Positions 51,554-60,153 of a stretch of 64,000 bases of DNA are shown piece after piece. Within the stretch, counting starts at the first letter, position 1; each line of letters starts with the position of its first letter. The position numbers were made by a program, and so were the translations under genes. The stretch lies in assembly GCA_965206595.1 (NCBI GenBank), contig OZ242214.1:3904001-3968000 (forward strand), given 5' to 3'. The notes under the pieces were generated by a model, which was not told the origin of the DNA, did not search any database, and saw only the letters and a list, made by a program, of their open reading frames with translations. The stretch is from Candidatus Latescibacterota bacterium (GTDB taxonomy: Bacteria; Latescibacterota; UBA2968; UBA8231).

Positions 51554-52762
51554 ATGGCAGTTTCCCGCGAAACGCTCGCCGGACGCATCGGCAAGGTGCA
51601 GCAGTTCCTGGAGGAAGAGGACCTCGGGGCGCTGTTCGTCTACTCGCCGGCGATGGAGCACATGTGGGGGCAGACCGGCCACGTCGCCTACCTGTCGGGG
51701 TGGGCGGACCACGACCGCATCGTCGATTCCGCCGTCGTCGTCCCGCGGGTGGGAGAGGCGGCGCTGATGTTCGCCGGCATGCCCTACATGCGCGACCTCG
51801 CCATGGAGGTGTCCCCCCTCGACGACGTGCGCCTCGTCACCGCGGTCGATCCCAACGCCGTGGCGGTCGACGCGCGCAAGCCGGGAGCCCCGCGGAGCTT
51901 CGCCTCCGAAACCCTGGCGATCCTCGACGAAAGCGGCTTCGGCCACCGGCAGGTCGGCGTCGTCGGCATCGACAACATGCCGCAGCCGTTCCACCAGTCC
52001 CTGGTCCGCGAGCTCGGCGCCAGGTTCGCCGCGCCCCGCGACATCGTCGCCGGGCTGCGCTACGCCAAGTCGCCCGACGAGGTCGAGATGATGCGCCAGG
52101 CCGCGGCGCTCAGCGATCTCGGCTTCGAGACCCTCGTGAAGACCGCCCGCCCCGGCATGCGCGGCATCGAGGTCGTCGCCGAGATGGAGCGCGTCATCCG
52201 CAGGCAGGGGGCCGATGTCGCCAAATACTGGATCGCCTCCGGGCCGGCGCCGGACTGGTCCGACGTCAGGCTCGAGGTCAAGCCCCACATGCGGGTGCTG
52301 GAAGCCGGCGACCTGATGGCGGCCTGTTCCTACGTCGTCTTCAACGGCTACTGGTGCCACGGCCAGCGCAGCGGCTCCCTCGGCGAGCCGTGCGCCGAGC
52401 TCGAGCGCATCTGCGCGCTGACGCGGGAAGCCCAGGACGCCGGCCTCGAGGTGATGAAGCCGGGCGCTCCCGTGGGCGGCGTCGCCAGGGCGGTGCGGGA
52501 GAAGGCCGCCGAGAGCGGCTGGGAGATCCAGGGCGGCCGCATCGGCCACGGCATGGGGCTCGACTACAGCGAGAGCCCGGTGCTGAACGAGAGCAACGAG
52601 ATTCCGCTGCAGGCCGGCACCACCGCAGTCGTGCACTCGACCTACTCGCTGCCCGGCTCGGGGAAGATGTTCGTCCCCCTCGGCGACGTCTGCCACGTGA
52701 CCGCAAGCGGCCCGGAGTTCCTGATGTCCTTTCAGCGCGAGCCGTTCGTCGCCGGCGGGTAA
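51554..52762 (+). CDS. M24 (pita-bread fold) peptidase/creatinase-like hydrolase
   Basis: Creatinase-type N-domain, LRYAKSPDEVEMMRQAA, GHGMGLD; RBS ggagg. Confidence 0.85.
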   Translation: MAVSRETLAGRIGKVQQFLEEEDLGALFVYSPAMEHMWGQTGHVAYLSGWADHDRIVDSAVVVPRVGEAALMFAGMPYMRDLAMEVSPLDDVRLVTAVDPNAVAVDARKPGAPRSFASETLAILDESGFGHRQVGVVGIDNMPQPFHQSLVRELGARFAAPRDIVAGLRYAKSPDEVEMMRQAAALSDLGFETLVKTARPGMRGIEVVAEMERVIRRQGADVAKYWIASGPAPDWSDVRLEVKPHMRVLEAGDLMAACSYVVFNGYWCHGQRSGSLGEPCAELERICALTREAQDAGLEVMKPGAPVGGVARAVREKAAESGWEIQGGRIGHGMGLDYSESPVLNESNEIPLQAGTTAVVHSTYSLPGSGKMFVPLGDVCHVTASGPEFLMSFQREPFVAGG

Positions 52763-52792
52763 GGGGGCAGCGGCAATTGCAGGCCCTCTCCA

Positions 52793-52821
52793 TTGACCAG
52801 GTTCGATGCTCTCTCTATGAT
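52793..52821 (+). promoter_or_regulatory. Near-consensus sigma70 promoter for the DNA methyltransferase
   Basis: TTGACC-N17-TATGAT. Confidence 0.65.
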
Positions 52822-52889
52822 GGTATACGTTTGTTCATTATCATTTTCGGTGTCATCGATATGGCATTCACATGGCGGGGTGATCCAAC

Positions 52890-53819
52890 ATGCGGTATCC
52901 TCAGGTACCAAGCCTTTCGCAGCCAATTCTCCGTGAAGCAAACTCCTCAATGGTTTCCTCGAAGCTGACCGAGCCCGATACGTACTTGCAGCCTTACCTG
53001 GTTACTTCCAAAGGGACTCTCTTCAACTCGGACTGTCTCGATATTCTGCCTTTGCTACGCTCGGAGTCGATTCACACGGTCTTCGCCGATCCCCCCTTCA
53101 ACCTCAACAAGGAATACGGCAACGGTTTTTCCGACTCCTGGACGGATGATGATTATCTCGCCTGGTGTTTGCGCTGGATCGAAGAGTGTTGCCGCGTACT
53201 CGTCGATGGCGGGGCGCTGTTCATCTATTCCTTGCCCAGGTGGGCTTTCCATCTCGCGCACCACCTGGATAGCCATCCCATGCAATTCCGGCACTGGATC
53301 GCCCTGAGCATGAAGGGCACCTACCCCCGAGGGAAAAAGCTGTACCCGGCTCACTACGCCCTGCTCTATTTCACCAAGGGCGAGCCTCGCATCTACAACC
53401 GCCTGCGCGTTCCGGTACCCCAGTGCCGGCATTGCGGCAAGGATATCAAGGATTACGGGGGACACCGAAAAGCCCTGAACCCGGACGGGCTCAACTTGAC
53501 CGACTTCTGGGACGACACCTCACCGGTCCGGCACCGCAAGTTCAAGGTCCGCCCCGGGATCAACGAACTGAAACCCGTCATTCCCGGACGCGCCATCCTG
53601 ATGTCGAGCGAACCCGGCGATGTCGTACTTGATCCGTTCGGAGGTGGAGGCAGTACCTATCAACAGGCCGAGCTCAACGACCGCAAGTGGCTCGGAATGG
53701 AGATCGGGGACTGCTCCATAATCCGTGAACGACTTACCGACCTGACCGTAAAGCTCGACGCCAAACGGTTACCCGGGGAATTTCCCGGCCTCTTCACCGT
53801 ACCTGTGAAATGCCTGTAA
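52890..53819 (+). CDS. Beta-class amino DNA methyltransferase resembling M.BamHI (N4-cytosine); start 52890 or 52950
   Basis: FADPPFNLNKEY, LYPAHYALLY, CRHCGKDIKDYGG, PVRH, GDVVLDPFGG.G; motif order and zinc-ribbon insert as recalled for M.BamHI. Confidence 0.9.
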   Translation: MRYPQVPSLSQPILREANSSMVSSKLTEPDTYLQPYLVTSKGTLFNSDCLDILPLLRSESIHTVFADPPFNLNKEYGNGFSDSWTDDDYLAWCLRWIEECCRVLVDGGALFIYSLPRWAFHLAHHLDSHPMQFRHWIALSMKGTYPRGKKLYPAHYALLYFTKGEPRIYNRLRVPVPQCRHCGKDIKDYGGHRKALNPDGLNLTDFWDDTSPVRHRKFKVRPGINELKPVIPGRAILMSSEPGDVVLDPFGGGGSTYQQAELNDRKWLGMEIGDCSIIRERLTDLTVKLDAKRLPGEFPGLFTVPVKCL

Positions 53820-54023
53820 TAACCGAGGAGAGATACTACAATTGCCATTGTCGCAGTGGAACGCGCTCGAGCCGAAGATATGCCGTTGGCCATTCTTGCC
53901 ATTCACCACGATGGCCCTGGGGATGCCCTGCCGAAAAAGCGTACTCGGCAGGGGCGTATCGAGTAGCCGGTTCGCAGGATCCGTTTTCCTCCCATCGCCT
54001 GAACGCCCTGAACCAGCTGACCC

Positions 54024-55016
54024 GTGAACCGGATATTCCCAGAATTGCCCTCACCAACCCGATTGCTGCCGATGCTGCTCGCGCTCTCCACGTCGACACC
54101 CGCTGCGGACTCTCCCCCGAAAGCGGCCATCTCCAACGACCTGGTCACCGCCCGGATCTACCTGCCCGACGGCGACAACGGGTACTACCGCGGCACCCGC
54201 TTCGACTGGTCCGGCGTCATCTACAGCCTGACCCATGACGGACACGAGTACTTCGGGGAGTGGCAGGAGTCGGACGACCCCTACCTGCACGACCGCATAA
54301 CCGGTCCGGTCGACTCTTTCGGAGCGCTCGGGTACCGGCCGGGAGAGCCCGGGGCATCCTTCGTTCGCATCGGCGTCGGGGTCTGCCGGCAGCCGGATGA
54401 AGAGGATTTCCGCTGGAACCACACCTACCGCATCGTCGACCACGGCGGCTGGACGGTCGCCCGGGGCGGCAACTGGATCGAGTTCGGCCAGGCCGTCATG
54501 GACGACAGCTCCGGGTACGGGTATTCGTACTCGAAGCGGCTGACCCTGATCCCCGGCAGCGCCGAGCTGGTGATCGATCACGTCGTCGAGAACAGCGGCC
54601 GCCTGGCCATCGAAACGGACGTGTACAATCACAACTTCTTCGTCATCGACGGGCAGGCGACCGGTCCGGATTTCGTCGTGCGCTTTCCGTTCCCGCCGCT
54701 ACCCGACCAGGATCTGAAGGGATTCGCCGAGGTGAGCGGAAAGGAGCTGACCTATCTCGAGGAGATCCCGGAGGGAGCCTTTATCCTGACGCTGTTGAGC
54801 GGTTTTTCAGACCGGGCCGAGGATCACAGTTTCGCCATCGAAAACCGCAGGACCGGGGCAGGCGTGCGCATGGACGGAGACCGGCCGATGTCGAAGCTGC
54901 AGTACTGGTCCCCTTCCACCACCCTGTGCCCCGAGCCGTTCATCGACCTGAAGATCCCCCCGGGGCAGGCGGATCGCTGGTCGCTCCGCTACGGGTTCTA
55001 CAGCCTCGGCGACTGA
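54024..55016 (+). CDS. Secreted galactose-mutarotase-like hypothetical protein; start 54024 or 54072
   Basis: Signal-like segment; YLPD..GYYRGTRFDWSG, YNHNFF, LCPEPF. Confidence 0.7.
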   Translation: MNRIFPELPSPTRLLPMLLALSTSTPAADSPPKAAISNDLVTARIYLPDGDNGYYRGTRFDWSGVIYSLTHDGHEYFGEWQESDDPYLHDRITGPVDSFGALGYRPGEPGASFVRIGVGVCRQPDEEDFRWNHTYRIVDHGGWTVARGGNWIEFGQAVMDDSSGYGYSYSKRLTLIPGSAELVIDHVVENSGRLAIETDVYNHNFFVIDGQATGPDFVVRFPFPPLPDQDLKGFAEVSGKELTYLEEIPEGAFILTLLSGFSDRAEDHSFAIENRRTGAGVRMDGDRPMSKLQYWSPSTTLCPEPFIDLKIPPGQADRWSLRYGFYSLGD

Positions 55017-55130
55017 TCCCGTGCGCGACGACGCCGGCCATACCTCCGGGGCGGCCGCCGGCAGCAAAGCGTTCGTCGCTTTCTACCCAGCCGGTCCGGC
55101 CAATTTTCGCAACCGGCCGCTTCCATGAAC

Positions 55131-55410
55131 TGCCATGCCTGACAGCGCCATCCGCCCCGGTGAGCCGTTCACCGCCGAAGAGACCGAACGCCTGATATCC
55201 CGGTTCCGGCGCGAGGGCTACTGCGACCTCGGGGCGGTGCTGGAGTTGCAAGAGGTCGAAGCCCTGCGCGAGGACATGCAGCGCAAGTGGGACGATGCGG
55301 CCATGCACGAGCCGGAGCGGGATCAGATCCGCGGCAGAAGCCTCATGCGCATGTTCGAGTACTCGGCGGCGTTCCGCGATCTCATCGTCCGCGAGCCGTT
55401 CGCCAGCCTC
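55131..55410 (+). pseudogene. 280-bp duplicate of the 5' third of the PhyH gene at 55994
   Basis: Colinear with 55990..56269, ~18 mismatches counted by eye; ends abruptly after PFASL. Confidence 0.92.
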
Positions 55411-55515
55411 CGGAACGCCCCGTACACAGGTTGTACATCCTTCTCGTATTTGCAGGGAATCCCCTTGGATGCAGGCTGTGCGCCTGCACCATACCAGAGT
55501 GAATAAAAATACCAA

Positions 55516-55875
55516 ATGGATCTCTAAGAAATCGTGGAATACGTCATCCCTGCAATCGTCATTCTAATCGGGAACCTATTCTCTGGGTGTCAAGGTTCTC
55601 GTAGGTGGGAATCTATCACTGCCCTGTTCGGCTGGACGGCAGGGATCACACTACCGCTTTGTTTCATCATTAAAATTACAAGCATGTTTTTTTCGATTCC
55701 ATCGTGGGTGAATGGGTTCCTTTGTCCTATGGGGTTCTTTTGCTTGCTGCAAGCCGTTACCCGTGATTACGAGCGTATTTTAAAACCGAAATTTGACACC
55801 TTGGATCTCAATGAGATCAAAAGAAGAGGATTGCGGGTAATCTTAAATTGGAAGAATCGGAGAAGAATGCGATGA
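55516..55875 (+). CDS. Small AT-rich multi-TM hypothetical protein; possible pseudogene
   Basis: ORF from GTG 55534 with ~3 hydrophobic segments; in-frame ATG at 55516 is separated from it by a TAA at codon 4. Confidence 0.5.
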
Positions 55876-55993
55876 TTGATCAAGTCAACAAATCTCTGAG
55901 TCCGATTTTAACATCAAAATACATAGAGAATTTGGATTTTCACCAACATGACAATCCGGACCATTGAGTTCCTCCGGTTTTCGAGAAAATGCC

Positions 55994-56821
55994 ATGCCTG
56001 ACAGCGCCATCCTCCCCGGTGAACCGTTCACCGCGGAAGAGACCGAACGCCTGATCTCCCGGTTCCAGCGGGAGGGGTACTGCGACCTCGGCCCGGTGCT
56101 CGAGCTGGAAGAGGTCGAGGCGTTGCGCGAGGACATGCAGCGCAAGTGGGACGATGCGGCCATGCACGAGCCAGAGCGGGATCAGATCCGCGGCAGAAGC
56201 CTCATGCGCATGTTCGAGTACTCGGCGGCCTTCCGCGACCTCATCGTCCGCGAGCCGTTCGCCAGCCTCGCCGAGGCGATCCTCGGGGAGGACTGCCACT
56301 GCATGTCCCAGAACGCGCTGTACACCCCGCCCGATCCCGGCGCCGCGACCGACGGCCCCGGGGGCTGGCACCTCGACGACCTCATCCACTTCCCGCTGCC
56401 GCCGCACATCCCCCGCCACTCTCCCGACGTGCCCCTGCCCTGCTTTGTGGTGCAGGTCTTCACCCCCCTGACCGACGTCGAGGAGCTGCGGCACGGTCCC
56501 ACGCAGGTCGTCCCGGAAAGCCATTTCGCCGGGCGGCGGCCCGGGGTGCAGGACCGGCCCTGCTTCGACGGCTACGGCCCGCACTCCTTCCTCGCCCTCC
56601 GGACCCACGCCTACATGTTCAACAACCAGGTCTGGCACCGGGGCGCCCCCAACACCTCGGACCGCACCCGCCTGATGGCCGGGGTGACCTACAGCAAGCG
56701 GTTCGTCTCCCAGAAGTTCTACCCCTTCATCGACTACCGCATGCCCGGCCACGTCTGGGACGGGGCCTCGCCGCGGCTGCAGCGCATGCTCGGACGGCAC
56801 GCCAAGGGCGCGTATGGCTGA
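55994..56821 (+). CDS. Phytanoyl-CoA dioxygenase (PhyH) family protein
   Basis: F.REGY, WHLD, PLTDV..GPTQVVPESH, FNNQVWHRGAPN.S.R.R. Confidence 0.9.
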   Translation: MPDSAILPGEPFTAEETERLISRFQREGYCDLGPVLELEEVEALREDMQRKWDDAAMHEPERDQIRGRSLMRMFEYSAAFRDLIVREPFASLAEAILGEDCHCMSQNALYTPPDPGAATDGPGGWHLDDLIHFPLPPHIPRHSPDVPLPCFVVQVFTPLTDVEELRHGPTQVVPESHFAGRRPGVQDRPCFDGYGPHSFLALRTHAYMFNNQVWHRGAPNTSDRTRLMAGVTYSKRFVSQKFYPFIDYRMPGHVWDGASPRLQRMLGRHAKGAYG

Positions 56822-57575
56822 GGAAAGAAACGCCCCCCTGTTCGCCGACCGCACCGCCCTGGTAACCGGGGGCTCGCGCGGCATCGGCAGGGCCATCTGC
56901 GTCATGCTCGCCGAGCACGGGGCCGCGGTTGCCGTCAACTACGCGCAGAACGAGAAGGCGGCACGCGAAACCCTGAAGCAGGTCGGGGCCGCCGGCGCCC
57001 GGGGCCTGACCGTTCACGCGGACGTGTCCAGCGAAGAGGAGGTGGCGCGCATGGTGGCCGCCACTGTGTCCGGACTCGGCCCTGTCGACCTGCTGGTCAA
57101 CAACGCCGGCATGGCCGACAACGCGCCGCACCAGGAGGTCGGCTTTTCGGACTGGAAGAGGATGTTCGAAGTGAACGTCGACGGACCGTTCCTGACCACC
57201 TGGGCGGTCAAGGACGCGATGATCGACCGCGGCTACGGCCGCATCGTCAACATCTCGTCGCTGGCGGCGATGCTGCTGAAGAAGAACATGATCCCGTACG
57301 CGACGACCAAGGCGGCCGTGGTCGCCTTCACCCGCCACTGCTCGGAGGCGCTGGCCCCCCACAACATCCGCGTCAACTGCCTCGCCCCCGGGCTGACCGA
57401 CACCGAGATGGGGCGGTCGGCAAACCCCGACATGGTCGAGCAGCTGATCGCGGCGACCCCGCTCGGGCGCATGGCGGCACCCGAAGAGATGGCCGCCGCG
57501 GTCAGGTTCCTGCTCTCCGAGGAATCGAGCTTCATCACCGGACAGACGATCGTCGCCTGCGGCGGGCGCGTCTGA
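56814..57575 (+). CDS. SDR family oxidoreductase (FabG-like)
   Basis: TGGSRGIG, LVNNAG, YATTK, IRVN.LAPG, ITGQ; overlaps the PhyH stop. Confidence 0.93.
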   Translation: MAEERNAPLFADRTALVTGGSRGIGRAICVMLAEHGAAVAVNYAQNEKAARETLKQVGAAGARGLTVHADVSSEEEVARMVAATVSGLGPVDLLVNNAGMADNAPHQEVGFSDWKRMFEVNVDGPFLTTWAVKDAMIDRGYGRIVNISSLAAMLLKKNMIPYATTKAAVVAFTRHCSEALAPHNIRVNCLAPGLTDTEMGRSANPDMVEQLIAATPLGRMAAPEEMAAAVRFLLSEESSFITGQTIVACGGRV

Positions 57576-57607
57576 GGTGGGGCCGGCTGCTGGAGCAGCC
57601 CCCTCTC

Positions 57608-58834
57608 CTATCCCGGGAGGCGCTCGTTCGGCTTGCTGTACGACCCCGGGACGTAGGGGAATTTCTTCTCGACGTCGTCGATCAGCTCGACCCCGAAGCC
57701 CGGCTTGTCAGGCAGCTTCATGACCCCGTTCTCCACGGTCAGGGGCTCCTTGAAGATCTCCTCCTTCAGCGGGTTGCGGGTCTGGTTCAGCTCGCAGTAG
57801 TCGCGGTTGGGGATTGCGGCGACGTAGTGGGCGTTGGCCATGGTGGTGCCGCCGCCGTGCCAGTTGTGGGGGATGGCGAGCTTGCCGCGCAGATGGGCCA
57901 TGCGCGCGATGTACCAGTTCTCGGTGAGGCCGGCGACGTTGCAGTCGGTCTGGATGATGTCGAGGGCGCCGCGGTCGAGCCAGACCTGCGACTCGAAGCG
58001 CTCGAGGAAGCGCTCCCCTCCCGAGACCATCACCCTCGGCATCGCCTCGTTGAGCTCGACGAAGAGGTCGATGTGCTCGCTGTTGGTGCCGCCGAACGCC
58101 TCCTCGAACCAGTAGAAGCCCAACTCCTCCAGGATCGGCGCGAACTCCGTGATCACCGCTTCGAGCGACCCGAGGAGGGTGCCGATCCCCTCGTGCATGA
58201 GGCGGAAGTCAGGCCCCACGGCCTCGCGCAGGCGGCGCAGGATGGGGACATAGGCGTCGAAGGTCATGCCGCTCCGCTCCCAGTCGGTGCCGGTGCGGAA
58301 CTTGAAGGCGTCGTACCCCTGCTCCTTGTAGCGCAGCGCCTCTTCGATCAGGGACTGCTCGCCGCCGTCGTGCCAGACGTGCTCGACGCCGCCGCTGGCG
58401 TAGATCCCGATCTCGTCGACGGCCCCTTCTTCGGTGGCCAGCAGCTGCCGCACCGGAACCCCCCTGGCCTTGCCGATGATGTCCCAGCAGGCGCAGTCGA
58501 CCCCGGCCCAGGGAGCGCGGCTGTGGCGGTCGGAATTGCCGCGGTTGCAGAGGAACTCGACGTCGAACGGGTTCTTGCCGAGCAGCAGCGGCTTGATCGT
58601 CCGCTCGGTGTACTCCCGGATGTATTCCGGCCCCTCGTAGGGGGAGCCTTCGCCGATGCCGACGATCCCCTGATCCGTGAAGATCCGGGTGATGGCGCCG
58701 TCGGTCTTCCAGACCTGGTAGGTGCCGCAGTGCCACAGGTCGCCGGCCGGATCGACGTAGGAGAGGGGGAGGACATCGATGTCGGTGATGGCAATGTTCT
58801 CGCGTTCGATTCCGTCCAACGGGTGGTTGCGCAT
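57608..58834 (-). CDS. Mandelate racemase/MLE family enolase
   Basis: GIVGIGE, AGVDCACWDIIGKA, YASGG, FKFR, WFEE, SGGE, IQTD, PHNW, PDKPGFGVE. Confidence 0.92.
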   Translation of the reverse strand: MRNHPLDGIERENIAITDIDVLPLSYVDPAGDLWHCGTYQVWKTDGAITRIFTDQGIVGIGEGSPYEGPEYIREYTERTIKPLLLGKNPFDVEFLCNRGNSDRHSRAPWAGVDCACWDIIGKARGVPVRQLLATEEGAVDEIGIYASGGVEHVWHDGGEQSLIEEALRYKEQGYDAFKFRTGTDWERSGMTFDAYVPILRRLREAVGPDFRLMHEGIGTLLGSLEAVITEFAPILEELGFYWFEEAFGGTNSEHIDLFVELNEAMPRVMVSGGERFLERFESQVWLDRGALDIIQTDCNVAGLTENWYIARMAHLRGKLAIPHNWHGGGTTMANAHYVAAIPNRDYCELNQTRNPLKEEIFKEPLTVENGVMKLPDKPGFGVELIDDVEKKFPYVPGSYSKPNERLPG

Positions 58835-58955
58835 GTTGCTTCCTTCGCGTTTCGGAGGGGGCTGTTTCCGCTCATACAATCGAAGAAACCTTCATCGCAG
58901 ACAAAGGAGCCCTGGGATGTGCCTTATCCAATTGGAGCACGGACGCCCCGGCGCC

Positions 58956-58983
58956 TTGTCCCTCGAAACGCCTCCTTTATACT
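58956..58983 (+). promoter_or_regulatory. Possible sigma70 promoter upstream of hicB-hicA
   Basis: TTGTCC-N16-TATACT. Confidence 0.35.
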
Positions 58984-59144
58984 TCCTTGGGCCAAGAAAG
59001 GCGGGGGACGCTCACCTCTCCGCGGATACCAGAGGCCCCGCGACCAGCGAGGGTTTCGTGTCTGAAGTGAAGGGGGAGCCGGTGCGTACCTCCGGCTTGG
59101 CTGGGTCCCGGGCAGGCTGACAATCAGGAAATGGAGGAAAACGA

Positions 59145-59354
59145 ATGGCTGAGTACACCGCGGTAATAAAGAATGAAGGTGACTGGTGGATCGGCTGGAT
59201 TGAAGAGATCCCCGGAGTGAACTGTCAGGAACGCACCCACCAGGAACTCGTTGAGACTTTGCGGGTGACCCTTCGAGAAGCCCTCGAATTCAACCGCCAG
59301 GAGGCGAAGTCGGCCGCCGGTCCGGACTATGTGGAAGAGCAGATCGCCGTATGA
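59145..59354 (+). CDS. hicB: Short HicB-family antitoxin
   Basis: YTAVIKNEGDWWIGWIEEIPGVNCQERT.QEL.E.L; RBS ggagg. Confidence 0.88.
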   Translation: MAEYTAVIKNEGDWWIGWIEEIPGVNCQERTHQELVETLRVTLREALEFNRQEAKSAAGPDYVEEQIAV

Positions 59355-59539
59355 AGCGGCAGCAGCTGCTCAAGCACTTGCGGGCAAGCGGTTGCGAGCT
59401 TCTACGGGAAGGTGGGAAACATTCCTGGTGGCACAATCCCACTCTCAACTACAGATCGGCGATACCCCGACACAGGGAGATCGTGGATGTCCTCGCTCGA
59501 AAGATCTGCCGGGAGTTTGGCGTCGAACCCCCGAACTGA
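59351..59539 (+). CDS. hicA: HicA-family toxin
   Basis: MKR..LLKHL...GC.LLREGGKHS.W.NP....SAIPRH.EI...LARKIC; ATGA overlap. Confidence 0.9.
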   Translation: MKRQQLLKHLRASGCELLREGGKHSWWHNPTLNYRSAIPRHREIVDVLARKICREFGVEPPN

Positions 59540-59614
59540 CCAGCTCCGTGCTGACCGAAATCGGGTCGAATAAATGACGGCTGACAATCCAGCATCGAGA
59601 AGAGCCGGAGACCG

Positions 59615-60010
59615 CGTACAGAGTTCGGGAGTGAAGTTGTAACCCGGGACGCCTGGGTTTCGGAGAACCGTCTGAAGGCCATGCCGCTGTTGGAGGGGGA
59701 ACCGGACAACACGAGCGACAGCAAAGGCTTCGATTTCCAGTTTAGCTACCGCCACAAGAGGTGGTACATCGAGGTAAAGGCGACCGCCGGAGACGACCCA
59801 CAATTCGATCTTGGGATTAGCGAAATCAATAAGGCGACCCGCCTTGCCCGGGCACGAAGTGGGAGATGGCGAATCCTGCGAGTTCGAAACGCGTTGTCGA
59901 ATCAGCCAGAATTCGACTGGCTACCCAACCCGTTTGAGGAACGGTTCAGCAAGCTCTTCCGCTTGCAAAAAGGCGGAATGTCGGTGTCTTACACACGGAA
60001 AGAGGGATAG
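59615..60010 (+). pseudogene. C-terminal DUF3883 (NO VEIN-type PD-(D/E)xK) nuclease fragment
   Basis: DAWVSENR..DSKGFDF..WYIEVKAT..F.L..SEI..WRILRV..LPNPF; no RBS or N-terminal body. Confidence 0.72.
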
Positions 60011-60153
60011 TGCTTCATCCAGCCTTCTCAGCGGGATCGGATGCCAACTTGCGAATCGTCAGGAAGGCCACCCCACTCTGGACCAGTTCCGTTTAACCGA
60101 CTTTCCTGCCAATTCCGCAAAAACCCCACTTTCAAACGTTCCCCTGCTGACAG

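Noticed and set aside
17403-55530. In-frame stops in several genes as a sign of stop-codon recoding
   Set aside because: TAA, TAG and TGA all terminate intact genes here, and the interrupted genes carry other lesions.
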